Assembly (NCBI RefSeq): GCF_006345805.1
Contig: NC_042999.1
Span: 17,794,001-17,858,000 of the forward strand
Direction: 5' to 3'
Origin: Octopus sinensis
Lineage: Eukaryota
DNA length: 64,000 bases
Program-made: the position numbers and the translations under genes
Notes under the pieces: model-generated
What the model saw: only the letters and a program-made list of their open reading frames with translations
Database searches by the model: none
What the model was told of the DNA's origin: nothing
In this document: positions 27,056-37,066 of the stretch, piece after piece
Layout of the letters: each line of letters begins with the position of its first letter
How positions within the stretch are numbered: position 1 is the first letter of the stretch

Positions 27056-27431
27056 TACAGGGTAAATGTTTTTTAATTTTCTCCTGGTTTACGGAATTGA
27101 TATTATTTTGCGGTTGAAGCTTGGCTGTTATTTCTAGTGGGTGAATGGCCTATTATGGCCGTTCCTTGATTGTGATATATATATATTATATATATATATA
27201 TATTCATAATTAATCAATATAGAGTGGCAAAAAATTTTGTAGAATTTTTTGGCCACCAGCGGCCTAGTGGGAAAAAATTAAATAGTCATAGACCATTTTT
27301 AAGTTCAACATCACAATCAAGGAACGGCCATAATAGGCCATTCACCCACTAGAAATAACAGCCAAAGCTTCAACCGCAAAATAATATCAATTCCGTAAGC
27401 CAGGAGAAAATTAAAAAACATTTACCCTGTA

Positions 27432-27538
27432 ATTTCTTATACGATGCACCGTTTCATCTACTGTTTAATGGTAAACTAACCTGATTAAATTAAATCAAGC
27501 CAATCTTCCATAGGCCCTTAGAATCATCAGTAAGAAAT
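27432..27538 (-). ncRNA. type I hammerhead ribozyme, family H2 (unit 2)
   Basis: Identical to 26580-26686. Confidence 0.75.
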
Positions 27539-27800
27539 AGCCAAGTCGGAACAGATATTTTCACGAGGCATTTCCGCCGATTCCATTACGGAATTAACCA
27601 GAAAATTCATAATTAATCAATATTAATCAATATATTGATTAATTATGAATTTTCTGGTTAATTCCGTAATGGAATCGGCGGCTTATATTTATTTGCTGCC
27701 GATAAATTTGGCGCGAGTGCGATAATTTGAAAATTTTAGGTCAGATATTGCCGAGGCAGGGACGGAAATGCCTCGTGAAAATATCTGTTCCGACTTGGCT

Positions 27801-27907
27801 ATTTCTTACTGATGATTCTAAGGGCCTATGGAAGATTGGCTTGATTTAATTTAATCAGGTTAGTTTACCATTAAACAGTAGATGAAACGGTGCATCGTAT
27901 GAGAAAT
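27801..27907 (+). ncRNA. type I hammerhead ribozyme, family H2 (unit 2)
   Basis: Identical to 26949-27055; predicted cut after 27899. Confidence 0.75.
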
Positions 27908-28448
27908 TACAGGGTAAATGTTTTTTAATTTTCTCCTGGTTTACGGAATTGATATTATTTTGCGGTTGAAGCTTTGGCTGTTATTTCTAGTGGGTGAATG
28001 GCCTATTATGGCCGTTCCTTGATTGTGATATATATATATATATATATTTCTTTTTCTTCAATCTGTCGCATTCTTATCTGTCTCCTATCCTATCTTTTCT
28101 CTTATGAAAGAATATTCCTCCAGCGTTCGCTATCTTACCTCGTCTCGTCTAAGGGACCACCTTGATTGTTTTCGCTTGGTTTGTTGTATGTATCCTCTGT
28201 CCTGGTTTTGTAACCAACTCTGAACCTCCGCAAATCCCAAGCGTTATTTTGGTTCGCGGGGCCAACTGTTCTTTCGAAGCCACATATTGTCATAAATTGC
28301 TCGAAATGTGGTTGTGATAAACACCCGACACCTAATGAAGGATCGTACTCTATGTTACTTTAGTTGTTTTCCATTTGCTTCTCTCGTTGTTCGTATTCCT
28401 AGGTTTGCTTTCGTATATCATGTTCAGGTTTTGGAACATCCTGTACTC

Positions 28449-28538
<90 letters not shown>

Positions 28539-28586
28539 CACGTACATATATGTATGCATATATGAATATGTATATATTATGTATAT

Positions 28587-28623
<37 letters not shown>

Positions 28624-28731
28624 AAAGAAATAGATAGATGGGTTTTTTCACAAAGGAAATTTTGCTCATCCCCACCATAACAGAAATACACACAGACAAA
28701 TACACACAAATGCACACACACACACACACAC

Positions 28732-28781
<50 letters not shown>

Positions 28782-29648
28782 AAAACCTGCGATACAAAGC
28801 AAATAGGACTGTACGAATGGCTGAGGGACAATATTAAAAATGGGACTCAAGTAGAAGTGTGTGTAAAACCTGACGTTAACAGATGGGTAATCTCTTCTAA
28901 TAAATTAAGCAGGTAGCCTCGTATTATGAGGAAGCTGATATTATTTGATATGCACATGGCTTCTCCCTATGCGATATTTCGTAACAGAATGAACACCTTT
29001 GAAAACATTCTATCAGTATTTCTCTATGGCGGTAATTTCATTTCATTAATTCATGGTTTAATCTTTCTTACAAAAGTAGTATCTCCTCAATATAAAAATA
29101 TATTGCCACATTCAAATATGTTACGCTAAATATTTATATAAGTACAAAAACATACTAATTCCATGGTTCTTTAGTGTAATAAAACCACTCCTTACATTTG
29201 CATTTAAAATTTATCAATTCTCTAAACTGCTATTTACTTCCAAATCTTCTGTAGACACATTGGATACGTGCCATATATTACATATACGATAATCGTCCGA
29301 ATAAATGCATAATATTTTGGAAAATTCAAACGGAATGTTGATTAAAATGTAATACATGGTTTTAGCAATGTTTCAGCTAACCGCTACCTTTGTATAAAGA
29401 GGAAATCGAAGCGAAAAGAGATACAAATTACATATTTTCCTGTTCATAACAGTAAAGAAATATTGCTTTTAGTATCGGTTGGATGAAAACAGAATATTTA
29501 GTATTTCAAATGGGAAATAAGTAAACCTGACAATGGAGAAGGTTTAACAAAAACCTCTATATTTCAGGCGCAAAGGCCTACTTTCCGAGAAACACAAAGC
29601 GTGTATTTACATTATAGATCCTTCCATTTTGGATAGTCGCGCCCAGTA

Positions 29649-29975
29649 GAGGCGCAATGACCCAGTGTTTAGGGCAGCGGACTGGTGGTCGTAAGAACGC
29701 GGTTTCGATTCCCAGACCGGGTATTGTGAGTGTTTATTGAGCGAAAACACCTAAGAGGTCCACGAGGCCCCGGCAGGGGATGGTGGTGATCACTGCTGTA
29801 CTCTTTCACCACAACCTTCTCTCACTCTTACTTCCTGTTTCTGTTGTACCTGTATTTCAAGGGGCCCGTCTTGTCACTCTCGGTGTCACGCTGAATATCC
29901 CCGAGAACTACGTTAAGGGTGCACGTTCTGCGGAGTGTTCAGCCACTTACACGTTAATTTCACGAGCAGGCTGTT
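29649..29975 (+). mobile_element. tRNA-derived SINE, family C (3'-truncated)
   Basis: gaggcgcaatgacccagtgtttagggcagcgg (A-box)...ggtttcgattccc (B-box)...gagaactacgttaaggg; colinear with the 35328 copy. Confidence 0.9.
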
Positions 29976-30190
29976 GCTACTGATGCTACTACTGCTGCTC
30001 CTGCTGCTGCTACTACTGCTGCTACTACTTCTGCTACTACTACTACTACTGCTGCTGCTCCTACTGCTGCTACTACTACTACTACTACTACTGCTACTAC
30101 TACTACTACTACCAGCACCACCACCATCACCAGCACCACCACCACTACTACTACCACTACTACTACTACTACTACTGCTGCTGCTGCTGT

Positions 30191-30222
<32 letters not shown>

Positions 30223-30225
30223 TCA
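29976..30225. repeat. compound (CTA)/(CTG)/(CCA) trinucleotide tract
   Basis: Directly visible; source of the poly-L/S/V ORFs. Confidence 0.95.
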
Positions 30226-30565
30226 CAGCAGTCATAACGATGGACAACCGCCTTCACCTCTACTGCGGCAAACCTACAGGCCGTCTTCACCTTCCTCGCA
30301 CTGCCGTCATCAATGTGACCTCTACGGCACTTGGGAGCTGCTGCTACCAGGACGAGCACCGGACTATCGAAAATGGCATCGTCTATGGAAATACCCATTT
30401 CTTTGAATGCATTCTTCTGAAAATAGGCCGTTGGCCCCGATATATATAAGTTTTGAAAACGCTCTGCATCGTTAATAGTAATGACAACAACAACAGCAAC
30501 AACAACAACAACAATAATATAATAATAATAATATTAATAATAATAATAATAACAACAACAACAAC

Positions 30566-30706
30566 ATCGAAAAATACCTTAGGAATGAGGACCCAGGTTC
30601 GAAATTTCCCCAAGACACCTGAAGAAGGCTGGAGGGTATATCAGCCGAAACGTTGTGTTAACAACAAACAAGATGAGGACAACTATCCGTTGAATGTAAA
30701 TAATGA
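30566..30706 (+). mobile_element. short HHR-bearing pseudo-LTR-like repeat (family H3)
   Basis: atcgaaaaataccttaggaatgag...aatgtaaataatg, between (AAT/AAC)n and (TA)n; homologous copies at 55378 (-) and 56307 (+). Confidence 0.8.
30613..30660 (+). ncRNA. minimal type I hammerhead ribozyme (family H3)
   Basis: GACAC-CUGAAGA-A-GGCUG/CAGCC (loop GAGGGUAUAU)-GAAA-CG-UU-GUGUU: minimal palindromic stem III (AACGUU), triplet GUU, stem I GACAC/GUGUU. Confidence 0.8.
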
Positions 30707-30718
30707 ATATATATATAT

Positions 30719-30752
<34 letters not shown>

Positions 30753-31160
30753 AAGGAAATGAAGAAAATGCTGACAAAATAATTTAAGTAAGGGAGAGTG
30801 TATTGAATTAGGTGAAAGTTCTTTTTACCGGTTGCGCATTTGTTATGCTTTATCAAAAGATATTTTGAGTGAGATAGAAATAGAGTTCCTTTCTGATTGA
30901 TTTTTTTTCTCTTATCTGATAAGAGAAAAAAATCAATCAGAAAGGAACTCATCTCTATCTCACTCAAAATATCTTTTGATAAGCATAACAAATGCGCAAC
31001 GGTAAAAAGAACTTTCACCTAATTCAATACACTCTCCCTACTTAAATTATTTTGTCAGCATTTTCTTCATTTCCTTGTTTTATATATCACAACTCGTGTT
31101 CCACATCTCCTTTTTTAAATATATATATATATATATATAGATATATATATATATATATAT

Positions 31161-32040
31161 AAAATCCTTAAAATCTTAAAAATGTTTTAGCCCGAAGGCC
31201 GCGGCCATGCTGGGGCACCACCGCTGAATGAGCTACACTAGTTTGTGAATCCACCTCTGATACGTGGCACTTGATCAACAAGGGAGTTCGATGCTGCTGC
31301 CCGCATCCGTGTCTCCTGTCGTGAGGTAGGTTCATCTGGGACACCAACAAGAAGAGATCCAGTTTAGTTTTAAAGAAACCCACATCCACACCATGTAAGT
31401 CTCTCAGGCATTTAGGGAGGATGTTAAAGAGCTGTGGTCCTCTGAAACCCAAGCTGTTGCAGTATCTGGACCTGTATTTTGATGGTGATGTTGGAATCCT
31501 TGGCACCACGCAGCGGCGCCCCGTTCTGCGGTTGGAGTAACTTTGAATGCCAAAGTTTGGGACAAGACCCACCAGGATTTTCCAGATGTATATCACTGCA
31601 TATCTCTCCCGCCTCCGCTCCAGGGAGAAGAGGTTTAATACCTTCAGTCTTTCCCAGTAGCTGACATTTTGTATTGAGACGATTTTCTTTGTGTAGCTTC
31701 TCTGAGTTGCTTCGAGTTCTGCTGTTTGTTTTATATTGTGTGGTGACCAAAGTTGGGAGCAGTAGTCCAAGCGGCTGAGGACAAATGTTTTCCATAGGAC
31801 CATCAGTGTCTCCTTCTCTCTTGTTCTGAAAGTTCGGAGAATCCATCCAGCTAGCCGTCTGCATTTTATCACCAGATTAGCAATATGCATTTGGAAAGAT
31901 GCATCATTGCTCATGTCAATGCCCAGGTCACGCACTGATTTTGACTCAGGGATTGCAATTCTTCCTGGGCCAGTGTATCCAGTCTTCACGTCATTTACCT
32001 TTGTGTGCCAGTAGCGCAGGACATGGAACTTACCTGCATT
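31161..32040 (-). mobile_element. CR1-group (CR1/L2/Crack-like) LINE, 5'-truncated, young
   Basis: Open frame from NAGKFHVLRY through RDLGIDMS..F..HI..LRTFRTR..LWKTFVLSRLDYCSQLWSP..ELEATQRSYTKKI..YWERLKVLNLFSLERRRER..GPQLFNILP is the typical post-RT C-terminal region. It is followed by a 3' UTR with a short-repeat tail (ttttaag)n. Confidence 0.93.
31168..31989 (-). pseudogene. reverse transcriptase C-terminal fragment of the CR1-group LINE (no initiating ORF, no endonuclease)
   Basis: 273-aa ORF in the supplied track; the motifs above; the last about 55 codons probably read into the 3' UTR. Confidence 0.85.
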
Positions 32041-32990
32041 ATATATATAAGTTACCTATAGAAACATATGCACACATGCATAATAACATACGCATATGAA
32101 AATCTGAAATGCATTCTACGAATATAATGATCTTTAAATACTGAAATTATAAATTCTATAAAAACGCTATCTCCGTATAATTATTTCCTCATGTAACCTT
32201 GTCTCATATGTACATAATTGCATACAGATGATCCACGCATGGGCTTGTATATTCACTTCATAGTAATTACACAATTAAAACTATACAGCGTAAATTTCTT
32301 AGATATAGCTGTTTCACAAATTTTGTGTTACAGGTAGTGTATATAAAGGTTTGTTGCAAAATAAAAGGGATTTATAATATAAGGAGGTATTTTTAAACAT
32401 CTCATATGCATATTCCTCCAACAGCTTGTATGCATTCCTGTTGCATGTCATACAAAATATTTTAGCTACATTTTATCATATAATAGCATGACAAATGCAG
32501 CCATATTTACCTGAACTTAGAAGAGAGTTACTTCCTCTAAGCTCCACATTGTTCTAAGATTTTTAGTAGAATTTATTTACATGTTGATGCTAATATAAAT
32601 ATGATAAAAATATAATAAGAACAATCTACCGGGAATATTCGTACAGCCTAAAGAATATACATTATGTAAACTATTATAGTTATAAGTGAATATATTCTCG
32701 GACATGTACATGAAACAGTCTCCGTAATAGTCTTCAAGAAGATTATAATGTAAAATGTCATATTTTGACAGTTTTCAGCTGATTATAAAATCCGATTGGA
32801 AAAGTGTCTGAATATAGGTTGAGTTGGCAATTGAAATGTCTCTGTATGTACGTTATAACGAAAAATGCATTGCAAACAAAATCGGTAAATATTTCGTTTC
32901 CATAAACGAAAATCGAGTTACATCGAAACGGTAAGCTCTCAAGACATAAGTGTATTGTCACTGAGGAGTAGAGAATAAAGAAATCAGCAT

Positions 32991-34660
32991 TACGAGGTTC
33001 ATTCCAGAAGTTTCAGGACTGTTTCACAGCAGTTATTTATTATTTTCAAAGTAATACAATATCGTAATCGCCTTCGATCTAGGACCGTCTTACTGAAATG
33101 CACTTATTGTAGGACTGCAGATATTTTGTAAATGCCCCATGGTAATTCGGCAATCAGAATGTATTCAACATGCTAGTCAAGGCGGTATAGCCACTTTCAT
33201 TTTCAAATCTACTGACCTTGACATTGTTCTTTATCTTGTGAAACAACCAAAATTCACAAGGAGCAAGATCTGGAAAGTAAGGTCGATGAAGGATAGTTTT
33301 AATTTCCATCTCTGTCGATTATTATGTTAGGATGCAATTGAAGCTCACTCTTTGTCCTGGTACAGGTACCACCGAGCCGAGCTGAACAGTTCTGGCCTTG
33401 CTCTAAAAATATCTCTAAAAGCCACCACAAAGTACGCTTTGCCGAGTATCATTGGTATTGGTACTGGTATTGGAATCCTTTCTGTCTCGGGAGACAATGG
33501 AGTTGCGCATGACGTAGTCTAGTCCGGCTTTTATATTTCATGTCCTGATGCATTTCCTGCAGTGGCTGTGTAGTCCTATCCTGGACAAACACTCCCTCTG
33601 GCAGGTACCGCAAATGTAGCGAAGACTGTTCCTGGATAGTTGTAGTGCCATAGTCTCTTGTTTACGTCTCTTCCTTTCTTTCCATTTCTCCTCTCTCTCT
33701 CTGTCACTCCTTTATATTCCATCTTTTACTGTACGTCGCTATTCTCCACGGTTGCCGGCAACTGCCTCCCAACCGGTAATATTGATGTTGCAGGCCTTCA
33801 TGTCCCTTTTGCAAACATCCTTGTAACGTAAGATCGGTCTACCCACAGACCTAGTAATGGGGATGGTAATCTTATTGGCGATAAAAGGAAGCATCACCTG
33901 TTTTCCAGTGGACCTGCTTTGCTTGGCTTTCTTTTGTCATAATGTGCCAGGACGATTCAACCGGTCTCTCAATCTCTTAGTCTCTGGATCCATAACATAG
34001 ATCCACCTTTCCTCAATGTTTCCAGATTCGCGAATACTTTTTGATTGGAGGTAATGAAGTCAACTATCTTCCTGCTGTTATAAATATCTCCTCCCTTCTT
34101 TCGTCAATGATCATTTTAGCAACAAATTTTGCACAGATTTTGTGCATGTTCAGATCCTCATGAACAATTCTGCATACAGTTTCCACAGCAGCACTAGACT
34201 GCATGTCTAATATCATTATACACGGACGTCAGCATCCACGAAGAAATTTGCGAATTTTCTCAACCCGCATTGATGTTGTTACGTCCCGGTCCCTCCCGCA
34301 CCTCTCATTGTTTCTCACCTCCTCTCAACCATCCTTGAAATTATTATGCCGGCTCATACGGGTTAATCTATATGCGGTATGGGGCATTTCCTACGTCTCT
34401 AACGTGTTTGTCCAGTTTAATACAAAACTTTGTTCTTCTCGTGTTTCTATATCGTCTTGACTTCTCAACCCTCTTCTGCAAACCAGGATGTGCGAAAGAT
34501 GCTCTGCCACTGTCTTCGTCAATCTACAATAAAAAAAAAAAAAAACTTGGCAGCTCAGCTTATTAGATATATAGTAATGGTATATTTAATTACAATAATC
34601 TAGGTCAGTCATAAATACCTCTTCTAAAAAATTATTAAAACATCAGGAATGAACCTAGCA
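32991..34660 (-). mobile_element. full-length decayed mariner transposon (about 1.27 kb after removing the nested RTE)
   Basis: TIRs tacgaggttcattccagaagttt (32991) and aaacatcaggaatgaacctagca (to 34660). Minus-strand transposase motifs appear in order: ERCGRDRD..VEKIRKFL..TVCRIVHEDLNMHKICAKFV; EERWIYVMDPETKR..KKAKQSRSTGK; RARPELF..WYLYQD; PYFPDLAPCEFWLFHKIK..RFE; KCI..EGDY. Confidence 0.9.
33451..33852 (-). mobile_element. RTE-clade LINE 3' end nested in the mariner
   Basis: Minus strand RSVGRPILRYKDVCKRDMKACNI...W...YICGTCQR(fs)CLSRIGLHSHCRKC (C-terminal C2H2 finger), then ccattgtctcccgagacagaaagg and a (ccaata)n tail. Confidence 0.9.
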
Positions 34661-35327
34661 CTGTGTGTGCATCGTAGTGTTAATGTTATGAATGCAATGT
34701 AAAATTATCGTGTATTAATTTAATAATGTCCGTGGTTCCTAGAACATGAAACACGTTAACAGGCCAGTAAAAATTCCTCTTACAAATAATGAAGACAAAT
34801 ATATTTCACCAGGAAATGCAGAATTTAACAGAAATTTTACAACGAGATGCAGCCATTTCAGATTTCGAAAAATATTCTTGAGGATTTTTGAAAGCATACT
34901 ATTCAGGTCAACTTTAAATGTTGGAACCAATGTATGTAATGGTATGCTAGAACCACTCTATTTAGAAGTTAAATAAAGGGATACTAATTATTACTGATTA
35001 TTTTCTAATTAATTGTAAATATATGTATGTAAAATATCATGTTTTATAACGTTTCGTTTTGCAAAATACGTCTATACAGTTTCAAGACATACGTCGCCTA
35101 TTTATATATTAATAGATAGCATGTCGTTTCTTCAGTGCTACACTACAACATCTATATGAATATATTATATGATTTTGAATGAATTGATTTGGCATCCACG
35201 TGGAAATATGTCCTCTCATATCTTTTGTCAATATACCAGTTAATTGTTCAAAACCTGTACAGAAAAATTCTCATCCACGCCTGCGCACAGAAGAATATAA
35301 TTTTTGGCAATTTCTTTTCATACTTAA

Positions 35328-35707
35328 GGAGCACTCCGTCGGTTACGACGATGAGGGTCCCAGCTGATACGATCAACGGAACAGCTTGCTCGTGGAATTA
35401 ACATGCAAGTGACTGAGCATTCCACAGACACGTGTACCCTTAACGTAGTTCTCGAGGAGATTCAGCGTGACACAGAGTGTGACAAGGCCGGCCCTTTGAA
35501 ATACAGGTACAACAGAAACAGGAAGGAAGAGTGAGAGAAAGTTGTGGTGAAAGAGTACAGCAGGGTTCACCACCACCCCCTGCAGGAGCCTTGTGAAGCT
35601 TTAGGTGTTTTCGCTCAATAAACACTCACAATGCCCGGTCTGGGAATCGAAACCGCGATCCTACGACCGCGAGTCCGCTGCCCTAACCACTGGGCCATTG
35701 CGCCTCA
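35328..35707 (-). mobile_element. tRNA-derived SINE, family C, full length
   Basis: Reverse complement gaggcgcaatggcccagtggttagggcagcggactcg...cgattcccagacc...gtcgtaaccgacggagtgctcc. Confidence 0.93.
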
Positions 35708-36538
35708 TTTCATACTTACTATGACATACAATGCTCTGGATCTAAAACCTCAAAATATTATAAAAGTTAATGTTCGATAGATATATTACTGGTAAATCAC
35801 ATTCTGCAAGAGGCATTACACAAACTCCGCGTGAATGCCATAAGCAATTTTTATTAAATGAATCATAGAATTCGTTATGTAGTCTAGTCAAAGTATAAAA
35901 ATTGCCAGATGTTCACATTTTGAGAATAATTCGGACAAATAGCCTAATATTTGAGGAGACATATATCTGAAAAATGAATGACTTATCCATATCTTATAGT
36001 GGGTCAGCTTTAATTAAAAATAACTTTCATCCCTGCATATATTTGATGAAACAGAAATATTGTTATATATCGGCCTCAGAGTAAGAACGTGAGTGGAGAT
36101 ATTTGTAGAGGACATCAATGGTCATTACATTATTGTGATCAAAATGAAATTCTATCCCTTAATTGAAATATCAATAACTGTAAATTGTGCATTCAAAGGC
36201 ATTCTTTAAAACCGCATTCCATTATGAACACGCATCATACATTTATTGTGTTCATAACTTACGTAATATTGTGCGATTGAAGCCGGACCCATTTCTAGGG
36301 AAATGGGCCCAAATGGGGGTAATAAATCTTCATATCTTCAATAATAATTAATATACGCATACCTCAAAGTCTATATGGAAGTATCCGGCCAAACCGTATA
36401 GAATTCTGATTTATTACATAATTTTACAGCTCATTTGCGAAAATAAATGATATCGAAAGATAAAAATAAGCAGATGTCTTATAGTACATATGATTGTTAT
36501 TATAGTGTATATGATTTGCACTATATATCTATAAAGTT

Positions 36539-36694
36539 GAGGCGCAATGGTCAAGTGGTTACGGTAGCGGACTCGCGGTCGTAGGATTGCGGTTTCGATT
36601 CCCAGACCAGGCATTGTGAGTGTTTATTGAGCGAAAACACCTACAGCTCCACAAGGCTCCTGCAGGGGGTGGTGGTGAACCCTGCTGTACTCTT
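36539..36694 (+). mobile_element. SINE family C, 5' part
   Basis: gaggcgcaatggtcaagtggttacggtagcgg...gaaccctgctgtactctt. Confidence 0.88.
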
Positions 36695-37014
36695 AACTTT
36701 CATACACATGACCAATACAGAACCAAAAGTGTGGTAAATCAAATGCAGCGGCAGTCCGTGGGTGTTAAATTTCTCGTAAGTAATTTCTACCACATTGGAA
36801 ATTGCTCAAGAAATCGAATCCATGGCTTTGAAAGTGAGGACTCCACCTTTAGCACTTGCCTATAAACTTTCGTATAATTTTATACAGTAGCAGTGAAATT
36901 TTCGTATGCGATAATCTCTATTAATATTTAATCAGATATGTCCTTGTATTCATGCATATATGCATGCAAACATACATACATAAATATTTAACACACACAC
37001 ACACACACACACAC

Positions 37015-37066
<52 letters not shown>

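Larger units (their letters stand above)
26351..27176. mobile_element. palindromic HHR-bearing element, unit 1 (retrozyme or Penelope pseudo-LTR-like)
   Basis: Outer inverted arms 26458-26724 and 26911-27176, inner palindrome 26722-26829, one HHR motif per strand, flanked by (TA)n on both sides. Confidence 0.9.
27201..28029. mobile_element. palindromic HHR-bearing element, unit 2 (near-identical tandem copy of 26351-27176)
   Basis: Same sequence as unit 1 at an offset of 850-852 bp; the only differences I see are homopolymer-length changes (ttttt-gcc vs tttttt-ggcc; gaagcttgg vs gaagctttgg). Confidence 0.9.

Noticed and set aside
28270-28345. CCACAU..GAAAUGUGG hairpin with downstream CUAAUGA (similar hairpin at 60705-60745)
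   Set aside because: Elements are not in any valid hammerhead order and the core is incomplete.
29649-29725. tRNA-like sequences at SINE heads (also 35630-35707, 36539-36610, 47343-47410)
   Set aside because: They have A/B boxes but no complete cloverleaf or acceptor stem, and continue into SINE bodies; not tRNA genes.
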